Source: a bacterium
Lineage (GTDB): Bacteria > Cyanobacteriota > Vampirovibrionia > Vampirovibrionales > Vampirovibrionaceae
Length of the DNA stretch: 64,000 nucleotides
Assembly (NCBI GenBank): GCA_030429585.1
Contig: JAUIEU010000001.1
Span: forward strand, 427,994 to 491,993
Reading direction: 5' to 3'
Under the pieces are notes generated by a model. That model was not told the DNA's origin. It did not search any database and saw only the letters and a program-made list of their open reading frames with translations. A program made the translations under genes and the position numbers. Positions 28,273-36,127 of the stretch are shown here, piece by piece. Within the stretch, counting starts at the first letter, position 1; every line of letters starts with the position of its first letter.

Positions 28273-29250
28273 TTATAGGAAGGGCAAATTATCCATGCTT
28301 TGGTAAAACTGGGCCCACCATTGGGCGGATAAGCCTTGGTGCTGCACCCACCAGTAAATATAATAATAGGCAATGGCGCCGCAAAACATGTAGCTATCAA
28401 AACGGTCTAGCAGGCCGCCATGGCTGTGGAAAATAGTGCCACTGTCTTTCATGCCCGCATCTCGTTTCATTAGGGATTCGCTTAAATCCCCAAGCAGGCC
28501 GCCCAGCACCAGCAACACGCTTAAACTCAAGGCCTGAAACACAGACATTTCATCGGTGAGCAAAAAGCCAAGGCCGCCCAGCATGCCAAACAGCAGGCCG
28601 CCAATGGCGCCTTCTCTGGTTTTTTTAGGGCTAATGGCCGGGTACAGGGGGTGTTTGCCAAACCACTTGCCGACAAAATAAGCGCCTGCATCGCTTAGGG
28701 CAATGGTAATAACGGTGAAAAATACATAGATGGCGCCTTGGTCAATCACCCAATAGGGTAGGGTAAGCACGGGTTCCGTGGAGAGGTTGCGCAGCAAAAT
28801 AAAATGCATGGGCAAAAAGCCCAAGTACACCAGGCTAAGAAAAGTGCCCCCAATATCATGGATGGTGGCGCGGGGCTGGCGAAAGAGTAGGCGAATAAAC
28901 CCGGCAATAATACCAAATACCAGGGTGGGCATGAGTAGTTCCGTCATGCGGAAATGGGCCAGTATAATGAGTATTAGGCCCACCCCCAGGGTAATGCGGT
29001 GGGATGGATTTACCCCGCGGGCATTTAGGATGGTGAGTAACTCTTTAAAGCCTTGCCACAACACAAAGGTGACGGTGGCCGTCCACCACCAGCCGCCTAG
29101 CAAAATGAGGGTTAGGTTTACCCCGGCAATAGCAAAGCCCCACCCCAAACGAGACAGTAGCCGAGAGGCAGACACTGGGGTACTAAAGGGGAATAGTGCC
29201 CGCGGAAGCTTGGGGGTGCCTTGGGATGTAGGGGGTGCAGATGACGTCAT
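28273..29250 (-). CDS. cdsA: Phosphatidate cytidylyltransferase
   Basis: CDS signature SLMKRDAGMKDSGTIFHSHGGLLDRFDS in a polytopic membrane protein, downstream of frr. Confidence 0.88.
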   Translation of the reverse strand: MTSSAPPTSQGTPKLPRALFPFSTPVSASRLLSRLGWGFAIAGVNLTLILLGGWWWTATVTFVLWQGFKELLTILNARGVNPSHRITLGVGLILIILAHFRMTELLMPTLVFGIIAGFIRLLFRQPRATIHDIGGTFLSLVYLGFLPMHFILLRNLSTEPVLTLPYWVIDQGAIYVFFTVITIALSDAGAYFVGKWFGKHPLYPAISPKKTREGAIGGLLFGMLGGLGFLLTDEMSVFQALSLSVLLVLGGLLGDLSESLMKRDAGMKDSGTIFHSHGGLLDRFDSYMFCGAIAYYYIYWWVQHQGLSAQWWAQFYQSMDNLPFL

Positions 29251-29256
29251 AGGGGG

Positions 29257-29817
29257 CTACATGGCCAGCAGGTCGGCTTCTTTGGCCTCCACAATGGCTT
29301 CCAGGGCCTTGGTTTTATCCTGGGCCAGTTTGTCGATGTCCTCGCTGTAGTGCTTGGCGTCGTCTTCGCTTAGGTTTTGCTCTTTGCAGGCTTTTTCCAT
29401 TTGGCTCATGCCATCGCGGCGCACGTTGCGCAGGGCTACCTTGCCTTCTTCGCCTACCTTTTTAGCTTGTTTGGCTTGCTCTTTGCGGGTTTCTTCCGTT
29501 AACGGGGGCACGTTTAACCGAATGACGGTGCCATCGTTTTGGGGCGGCAGGCCCAAATCCGATTTAGCAATAGCCTTTTCAATTTCAATTAAGGCGGTTT
29601 TGTCATACGGGGTAATCACTAAGGTTTGGCCGCCTTGTACGGCAATGTTGGCCATTTGGGCAATGCTGGTGGGGGTGCCGTAATAATCCGCATGGATACG
29701 CTCTAACAACAGTGGGTTGGCCCGCCCAGTGCGGATGCTGCTTAATTCGTTGCGTAGGGCTGCCAGGGCCTTATCCATTTTTTCTTCGGTCTGCAGCAAA
29801 ATATCATCGGGGTCCAT
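29257..29817 (-). CDS. frr: Ribosome recycling factor
   Basis: EEKMDKALAALRNELSSIRTGRANPLLLERI... matches the Frr N-terminus. The start is placed at ATG 29817 (GGAGA upstream). The track ORF begins at a TTG at 29841. Confidence 0.92.
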   Translation of the reverse strand: MDPDDILLQTEEKMDKALAALRNELSSIRTGRANPLLLERIHADYYGTPTSIAQMANIAVQGGQTLVITPYDKTALIEIEKAIAKSDLGLPPQNDGTVIRLNVPPLTEETRKEQAKQAKKVGEEGKVALRNVRRDGMSQMEKACKEQNLSEDDAKHYSEDIDKLAQDKTKALEAIVEAKEADLLAM

Positions 29818-30015
29818 GGGGCGTATCTCCATCCCTATCAACAGTTTAAATGGGTACTACCTTGTTATTGTAGCGCAAACGGGCGGTACCCTTATAGTAA
29901 AGCTCGTTTATGATGACCCAGTTACGCCCTCTAATGTAACGCCATGTAACACGGTTTCGCAATCCCTCTTAATAAATTGTTTTTATTATAGAGGAGATAC
30001 TAGGAGACTGTGTGA

Positions 30016-30660
30016 ATGAGTATTACGTTTAGTAGTGGGCAAGTGACCACTGCCTTTAAATTGGCAGATGTGGACGGCGATGGCCAACTTAGCAAAAATG
30101 AAGTAAAAGCCGCCTACGAAGTTGTCAAAGATGGCGAAACTAAGGCTGATAAAGAAATAGCCGGTTTGTTAGAAACCATTGGTAAGCTTGGCCAGTTAAT
30201 GTCTAAAATTGATGGCGAGGCAGGACTGACCAAAAGCGAAATTAAAAAAACCATGGCTTTGGATGGCGAAGGCAAAGACTTAAGCGAAGATGACGCCAAG
30301 TTATTAGCTAAAAAAATGGCAGAACGCTCTGCGGATACTGCGCCGAGCCCTACCGATCAATTTCAGCGCCAACAGCAAGCCATGTTGGAGTACCGCATGG
30401 GTGGCCGCCAGCCGTGGGTCTCCCATCGCTCGCCCTACCAAGCCAATGGGGGCACTAGTTTGCCACCTGGTTTGCAAGGCACCCTAGCCAATGCTACTGC
30501 TGCCAGCATGGAAGCCACTAGTTTTATGGGCCAATTACAAGCCTACCAAATGGCCAACGGCCAATATAGTGGTGCCAGTAACATGACGGAATATTACACC
30601 GGTGTGAATATTTCCGGTGCAGGCGAATGGTCGCCTTTGATGATGGGCCAAAGTGAATAG
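30016..30660 (+). CDS. EF-hand calcium-binding protein with Q/G/M/Y-rich C-terminal tail (hypothetical)
   Basis: AGGAGA SD upstream. Canonical 12-residue EF loop DVDGDGQLSKNE (30067-30102) and a second degenerate EF-like segment. The C-terminal ~100 aa is low complexity. Confidence 0.6.
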   Translation: MSITFSSGQVTTAFKLADVDGDGQLSKNEVKAAYEVVKDGETKADKEIAGLLETIGKLGQLMSKIDGEAGLTKSEIKKTMALDGEGKDLSEDDAKLLAKKMAERSADTAPSPTDQFQRQQQAMLEYRMGGRQPWVSHRSPYQANGGTSLPPGLQGTLANATAASMEATSFMGQLQAYQMANGQYSGASNMTEYYTGVNISGAGEWSPLMMGQSE

Positions 30661-30681
30661 TGGAAGATGCACGAAACGCGG

Positions 30682-30915
30682 TTAGGCGATAACGTTTAGC
30701 CGTTGCCCTACCCCAAACGCCGGAGATGGCGAATTAAGGGACGGGGCTACCGCGCTAAAGCGAGGTGCAGCCACATTACTGTAGGCCTCTGTTCTGGCCC
30801 CGCCTGTGGCAAAGGTGCCAAAGGATTGTTGAATATTTTTTTGCATAGTTTTCTGTAGGCCCTGCATTTGCAAGGACGAGGCGGAAGCCATGCTGGATAA
30901 AAGTGATGCGCTCAT
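30682..30915 (-). CDS. Hypothetical small Ser/Gln-rich protein (77 aa from ATG 30915)
   Basis: ORF only; no SD before either the ATG at 30915 or the TTG at 30957. The composition resembles other low-complexity orphans in the window. Confidence 0.35.
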   Translation of the reverse strand: MSASLLSSMASASSLQMQGLQKTMQKNIQQSFGTFATGGARTEAYSNVAAPRFSAVAPSLNSPSPAFGVGQRLNVIA

Positions 30916-31076
30916 AATATGTATAGTATACCGCAATATCGCGGAATATGACAGCAACCCATCCTAAAAAATTTAGAATTTAACCAAGATATTAAGTAGG
31001 TTTATAAAGACACTCTCTCAAACAAATCAAATGAACTCTCTCTTCTTGAAGCCGTGACCCTTTTTTATCCCCCCTC

Positions 31077-31102
31077 AAAAAAGGCTCGCGGCCTTTTTTT
31101 TT
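31077..31102. terminator. Candidate bidirectional terminator hairpin
   Basis: A6-GGC / TCGCG loop / GCC-T9 (AAAAAAGGCTCGCGGCCTTTTTTTTT). It lies downstream of phhA on the minus strand, and U-runs would be available on both strands. Confidence 0.5.
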
Positions 31103-31232
31103 GCCGCAGTGGCGACGCTGCATTTTAGATTGCGGGTGTACCTAAGCAGAGATATGCAGAGAGTTGTCCATCGCAAACAATAGTGGGCTGTGGTAGCGGC
31201 GTTGTAATTTATAATGAGCGGGTTAAAAAATG

Positions 31233-32138
31233 CTAGTTTAGGTGGTAGCGGGTGGCAAACTCATCCAGCAGGGTATTAATATGGCCAAAGGTAGGCGCCA
31301 CATATAGCTGGGGTTGGGGTTGGGTAATATCAAAATCCATATGGAAGGCAGCTTCATCCAGGGGCACCAATTCGGCACCGCCTTGCATGGCGGCGGCCCC
31401 TTCGCTTACGGATGATAATAACCCTGCGCCGTACACCTTTAACAAGTCGGCGTCATCGCCAATTAGGCCGTATTCAATGGTCCACCAGTACAGGCGGGTG
31501 AGTTGTTTGCCGGGGCTGCTTTCTTTGCCGCCGCCTTGGGCCATGATGGTGGCGAGTTCGCGCTCGGCCTTATCAATCTCATCGGGGTGGGTATTGGGGT
31601 TTTCTTTAATATTAGAGAGTGTTCGCACCGCCTCATAAACCGTCTCGTCATACTCATCAAAGCCGGCTTTTAACGAGAGTTCGCCAAAGCGCTGCACAAT
31701 GCGCCCGTACTCCGGGTTAATCAACAGCGGCACGTGGGCGGCAGCTTCGTGCACAATATCGGGGGCGGGGGTGTAATCCAGGTTTTCCGGCTTGCGGATA
31801 TCGCGCGCGACGGGAATAATACACTGGCTTTGCAGGCCCATAAACACATCTGGGGCAATGTAGCCATCCACGGTAACGGCGCCCCAGCCAAAGCGGGTTA
31901 AACAGTCGTTAATGTGGTTAATATTGGGTATTTTATCCAACGAAATGCCGGTTTTGCCGAGGCCGTCTAAAAAATCGGGGTGGGCACATTCATTCCAAAA
32001 GGGCAGCAGGTGGTTAATAATCCGCACCCAGGTATCTTGGTCTGTGGCGCTGTAGGCATCGTAATGTTGGTCCACCACAAAGCGGGCAATGCTGTCTTTC
32101 AGTTCTCCCAAATGGGCCACACGCGCTAATGGTGACAT
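31233..32138 (-). CDS. phhA: Aromatic amino acid hydroxylase (phenylalanine-4-hydroxylase-like)
   Basis: Iron-ligand region PDIVHEAAAHVPLLINPEY (H-x4-H) and LYWWTIEYGLIG (Glu ligand region); ~300 aa, bacterial PAH size. Confidence 0.85.
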   Translation of the reverse strand: MSPLARVAHLGELKDSIARFVVDQHYDAYSATDQDTWVRIINHLLPFWNECAHPDFLDGLGKTGISLDKIPNINHINDCLTRFGWGAVTVDGYIAPDVFMGLQSQCIIPVARDIRKPENLDYTPAPDIVHEAAAHVPLLINPEYGRIVQRFGELSLKAGFDEYDETVYEAVRTLSNIKENPNTHPDEIDKAERELATIMAQGGGKESSPGKQLTRLYWWTIEYGLIGDDADLLKVYGAGLLSSVSEGAAAMQGGAELVPLDEAAFHMDFDITQPQPQLYVAPTFGHINTLLDEFATRYHLN

Positions 32139-32239
32139 GGATTAGGTTTCTCCCCAAACGGCCTGGATTAATACCTAACACTATAAGCCAAAGGGGGCTG
32201 GGCTTCCAGCGGTTTAGGTAAGCAGGGTGTAATGGATAG

Positions 32240-32269
32240 TTACCGTTTTACCGCCAACCTTTGTATAAT
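32240..32269 (+). promoter_or_regulatory. Candidate sigma-70-type promoter with extended -10
   Basis: TTACCG (32240-32245), an 18-nt spacer, then TGTATAAT (32262-32269), about 65 nt upstream of the preferred start of the transporter gene. Confidence 0.4.
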
Positions 32270-32335
32270 ACCCAACATGTATTTAAACCTGCGGCCATGG
32301 GTACCTGTGGTGGCAGTGGCAAGGTGGCACACATA

Positions 32336-33715
32336 ATGAACATTTTAATCAAGCTATTGATGGCCGTATTTTTTGGTGTGAAGCGCCATTGGCACATTTT
32401 AATTGCCATTTTACTGGGCCTGGGTGCCGGGTTGCTGTTTTACAATAACCATTGGGCAGATGATTCTCGTGGGGTGTTTCTGCTTCAGTTTTTTGAATTT
32501 ATTGGCGAAGTCTTCATCCGCTTGATTACCATGATTGTGATTCCGCTGGTGGTGAGCTCGCTGATTGTGGGGGTGTCGTCGTTAAAAGATACGCGCCAAC
32601 TGGGCCGCATGGGGGGCAAGGTGTTTAGCCTGTTTTTGCTACTTATGGTGGTGGCGGCCGTTTTAGGGGCGGGGTTATCGCTTGTGTTGCAGCCTGGCGA
32701 GGGCATGCAAGCCCATATCCAAGATATTGATATTGTGACCCAGCAGGTCAATGCCCAAAGCATGATTGGTGACGTGAAGGTGGAAGACCTAAACGTGAAG
32801 GTGAACGCCGGTGCCGTGCGAGAACTGCTTTTAGAGATGATTCCCGCCAACCCAATACAGGCCCTAAGCAGTAACAACTTGGTGCCTGCCATTGTGTACA
32901 CCTTGGCCCTAGGTTTTGCCCTGGTGTTTATTGGCCAGGCGGGCAAACCCCTTATCGCCTTTTTTGAAAGCTTGTTTACCGCCACCATGAAGCTGACGGA
33001 TTGGGTGATGATGATGGCCGTACCGGGTGTCTTCTCCCTAACCTTTTTTACGGTAGCCACCAGCGGCATGGACGCCTTCGTCAAGCTGATGCCCTATGTG
33101 GGCGTGGTGCTGACGGGGCTGCTGATCCAAATTGTGATTGTGTTCCCGTTGCTGTTGCAACTGATGGCGCGGGTGGATGCCTTAAATGTGTACCGAGCCA
33201 TTAGCGAGGCTATTTTGGTGGCCTTTGGTACCGCCAGTAGTAGCGCTACCTTGCCTATTACCATTGCTAATTGCGAGCTTCGTGCCGGTATTAGTAACCG
33301 GGTGGCCAGCTTTGTATTGCCTACAGGGGCCAGTATTAATAAAACAGCTACCACTACCTTTGAGGTGGTGGCGGTTATGTTTTTGGCCCAAGCCTACGGG
33401 GTAACGCTGGATTTACCGGCCGTGTTGCTCATTATGGTGCTTTCTATTGTGGCCAGTGTGGCCGCCGCTGCTGTGCCCAGTGCGGGCCTTATTACCATGA
33501 GTATTATTATTGGCAGCCTGGGTAAAGGCTTTAGCATGGAACTGTTTGCCGGGGGCGTCGCCTTGTTATGGAGCATCGACCGGGTGTTGGATATGTGCCG
33601 TACCGTTACCAATGTGGTGAGTAGCGTGACGGTGGCCACCATTGTGGCTGCCAGCGAAGGCGAACTAAAACGAGACCTGTTGAATAACCCAGACGATTGG
33701 AAAGACGCGGTATAA
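32336..33715 (+). CDS. Dicarboxylate/amino acid:cation symporter (DAACS, GltP/GltPh family), divergent cation-site residues
   Basis: Family hallmarks ASSSATLPITI, VLPTGASIN and LDMCRTVTNV. The start is placed at ATG 32336 (AAGGTGG upstream). The track ORF starts at a TTG at 32261. Confidence 0.85.
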   Translation: MNILIKLLMAVFFGVKRHWHILIAILLGLGAGLLFYNNHWADDSRGVFLLQFFEFIGEVFIRLITMIVIPLVVSSLIVGVSSLKDTRQLGRMGGKVFSLFLLLMVVAAVLGAGLSLVLQPGEGMQAHIQDIDIVTQQVNAQSMIGDVKVEDLNVKVNAGAVRELLLEMIPANPIQALSSNNLVPAIVYTLALGFALVFIGQAGKPLIAFFESLFTATMKLTDWVMMMAVPGVFSLTFFTVATSGMDAFVKLMPYVGVVLTGLLIQIVIVFPLLLQLMARVDALNVYRAISEAILVAFGTASSSATLPITIANCELRAGISNRVASFVLPTGASINKTATTTFEVVAVMFLAQAYGVTLDLPAVLLIMVLSIVASVAAAAVPSAGLITMSIIIGSLGKGFSMELFAGGVALLWSIDRVLDMCRTVTNVVSSVTVATIVAASEGELKRDLLNNPDDWKDAV

Positions 33716-33723
33716 CTTTTCTT

Positions 33724-34560
33724 ATGACTGACATGATGACTAGATTTTACGTTTTTTCCATTACAGCCGTGGCCTTAACGGTAGCGTTTGGGCTAACCCC
33801 AGCCAGTTGGGCCGTGGGCAGCGACCCAGGCAGCAATGCCCAGCACCCTGCCGTGGTGGCAGAGGCAGAAGACGCGCCCCCCAGGGCACTGACGGCGAAA
33901 GATCGATATAACCGTGGGGTGTATTTGTTTCAGGTGGGGCAGCAGCAAGCCCAAACCGGTAACCACAAAGGCCAGCAAGATTTAGTTAAAAAGGCGATTG
34001 TGGAATTTGACGCCGCCCTTGCCTTGGATGCCACCTTGGTGGAAGCCCAAAGCAATATTGGGTTTGCCTACCTAACCATGGGCAAGGCCAAACATGCCAT
34101 TAAGGCCTTTAATAAAGCTTTAGCATTAAATAAAAACCATTTAAACAGCTTAAATGGGTTGGCGACGGCCCAGGCCCACCGTAAACTGTACGTAGATTCG
34201 TTGCAGACGTTTGATAAATTAACCACCTTAGACCCTGGCAACGCGGAGTATTGGTTTAACAAGGGCAGTATTCATCAAAAAAATCAGCAAACGGATGCTG
34301 CCGAGTATGCTTACCAACAGGCCTTAAAAATTAACCCCGGCCACCAACAAACGTGGTTTAACCTTGGCACCTTGTACGAAAACTTGCATGAGTTTGACGA
34401 TGCCCAGGATGCCTATACCCACGTAAAATCCATTGATATAACCACCCCCATTGGCTTGGAGGCCACCAACCGCTTACAGTGGTTAGAAGCAGAATTAAAA
34501 GGGGCTACCGAGCCAACTTCTATGGAGTCGGTGGAAACCACCGCCGCTTCGGCAGGCTAA
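33724..34560 (+). CDS. Secreted TPR-repeat protein
   Basis: Signal peptide (MTDMMTRFYVFSITAVALTVAFGLTPASWA) followed by several 34-residue TPR-like units (AIKAFNKALALNKNH, AEYAYQQALKINPGH, AQDAYTHV). Confidence 0.75.
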   Translation: MTDMMTRFYVFSITAVALTVAFGLTPASWAVGSDPGSNAQHPAVVAEAEDAPPRALTAKDRYNRGVYLFQVGQQQAQTGNHKGQQDLVKKAIVEFDAALALDATLVEAQSNIGFAYLTMGKAKHAIKAFNKALALNKNHLNSLNGLATAQAHRKLYVDSLQTFDKLTTLDPGNAEYWFNKGSIHQKNQQTDAAEYAYQQALKINPGHQQTWFNLGTLYENLHEFDDAQDAYTHVKSIDITTPIGLEATNRLQWLEAELKGATEPTSMESVETTAASAG

Positions 34561-34654
34561 ACGTTACAGAGCGTATACGATATCGGGTGGGAGGCGTTGC
34601 CTATGCTATGCTAGTAAGGCCCTTTGTTATGTTTAATTCGGTAAACCCCCCACC

Positions 34655-35830
34655 ATGCTGGCTAACCACCATAGTAAATTACTGCATTTAAACCGTAATG
34701 TGGGCTTGGCCGTGTTGGGCATGGTGGCCGTGCAATTGTTGGCAGGGGGGATGGTGAATGCCACGGCTTTAACCCTGTTGTGGCCTGCCTTAGCCGTGCC
34801 TGTAGCTATTAGTGTGGTGTACATTGCCTTGGTAGAAGGCGCCCGCTACCTGCTGCACCAAATGCACACGTACTGGCAGCACCACGAGTCAGAACCCGAT
34901 ACCCCAACGGGGATTCGGCTGTTTGGCACTGTGCTGCAAGTGACTACCTTGGCCTTTATTGCGGCGGTGTATGGCTTAACCGCCAGTGTGTGGGTAGCGG
35001 CCTTGTTGCCTATACCGGTGGTGGGGGCGTACTTTATCTACCGAAGCCGCTTGGCCATGGGCCTGGGCATAGCGGTGGCGTGTACGGGTTTAGTGCTGGG
35101 TGGCTTGCATGCCCCGTCGGTGATTTCATCGGTTTTTGAACAAGCGGCGCCCAATGCCAGCCCTGTAGCCCTGGGGGTTACCAGTATGGTGATGGCGTTG
35201 TTGCCCTTGCTGCTGTGGTGGCAGTTGGGGGGCTATATTGCCTCGTTGGTGGGCAGTTCGTCTCATCAGGTTAATCGCTTGCAATCTTTGGCTACCACCG
35301 ACCCGCTGACGGGGCTAATGAACCGCCGCTTGTTGATGCACCAGCTACAGATTGAGCTTTCTCGTGCCCGTCGGCATAATTCGCCCCTTTGTGTGGCCAT
35401 GTTTGATGTGGACCATTTTAAACGAGTTAATGATGTGTATGGCCACCAGGCCGGGGATCGCATCCTGAAGGAATTGGGTGGGCTAATCCACCAAAATGTG
35501 CGCGATTGCGATTTGGGCGGCCGTTATGGTGGCGAAGAATTTGCCTTGATTTTGCCAGAAACCCGCCAAGCGGAAGCGGCGGAGTTGATGGAGCGGATTA
35601 GGGCCACGGTGGAACGCCATGTGTTTTGCCTGCCAGATAACCCCATGACCATTACCATTAGCGTGGGCCTGGCCCAAATGGATGCCGCCACCAACCAAAG
35701 CAAGGATGACATGATTCACCTAGCGGATGCGGCGTTGTACGAGGCCAAACAACAAGGCCGAAATCGGGTAATTTATGGGGTATTGCCGGTGCCCAAAGTC
35801 TCCTACACCAAAAGCTACGCTGCGTTTTAA
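34655..35830 (+). CDS. Membrane-anchored diguanylate cyclase (GGDEF)
   Basis: The N-terminal ~200 aa is hydrophobic. The C-terminal GGDEF domain has DPLTGLMNRR, DVDHFKRVND and the active site GGEEF, preceded by an RxxD I-site (RDCD). Confidence 0.88.
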   Translation: MLANHHSKLLHLNRNVGLAVLGMVAVQLLAGGMVNATALTLLWPALAVPVAISVVYIALVEGARYLLHQMHTYWQHHESEPDTPTGIRLFGTVLQVTTLAFIAAVYGLTASVWVAALLPIPVVGAYFIYRSRLAMGLGIAVACTGLVLGGLHAPSVISSVFEQAAPNASPVALGVTSMVMALLPLLLWWQLGGYIASLVGSSSHQVNRLQSLATTDPLTGLMNRRLLMHQLQIELSRARRHNSPLCVAMFDVDHFKRVNDVYGHQAGDRILKELGGLIHQNVRDCDLGGRYGGEEFALILPETRQAEAAELMERIRATVERHVFCLPDNPMTITISVGLAQMDAATNQSKDDMIHLADAALYEAKQQGRNRVIYGVLPVPKVSYTKSYAAF

Positions 35831-35875
35831 AAAGGTGTGTTAGCCATTTGAAAAAGTGGTTTGTTCTTTCTTGTT

Positions 35876-35925
35876 TGTGGGGCACTGAGGCCCCACACTC
35901 TCATCGGGGGAGGAGCGCCTCCCCC
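35876..35925. other. Two tandem GC-rich stem-loops in a convergent intergenic region
   Basis: TGTGGGGC (35876-35883) pairs with GCCCCACA (35890-35897). GGGGGAGG (35906-35913) pairs with CCTCCCCC (35918-35925). Neither has a flanking U-run. Confidence 0.5.
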
Positions 35926-36127
35926 TGAGCCCCCTGCGATGTGTTGATTAGGAATATAAGTACGCTTGCTGCGCGCCTCCCCAACAGCGGCTGCGCTTGC
36001 CAGGTTATTAGCGCACGGGCAATGCTCACTCGCTGATTGGTCTGCTGGGGTGTTATGCGTTCCGCATTGTACACCCCGCAACGGCTTCAGCCGCTACATA
36101 ACAAAGCTGTCGTGAATTTTAGTGTGC

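Noticed and set aside
28778-29350. 190-aa plus-strand ORF overlapping cdsA and the frr 3' end. Similar antisense ORFs occur at 44594-45172, 46282-46749, 32485-33084 and 1287-1814.
   Set aside because: All are antisense to genes with strong homology support. Long shadow ORFs are expected at this G+C.
35827-36081. 84-aa minus-strand ORF across the GC-rich hairpin spacer
   Set aside because: It has no SD. The composition is driven by the hairpin repeats (GGSGGGAPPP). It lies between convergent gene ends, where structured RNA is the more likely explanation.
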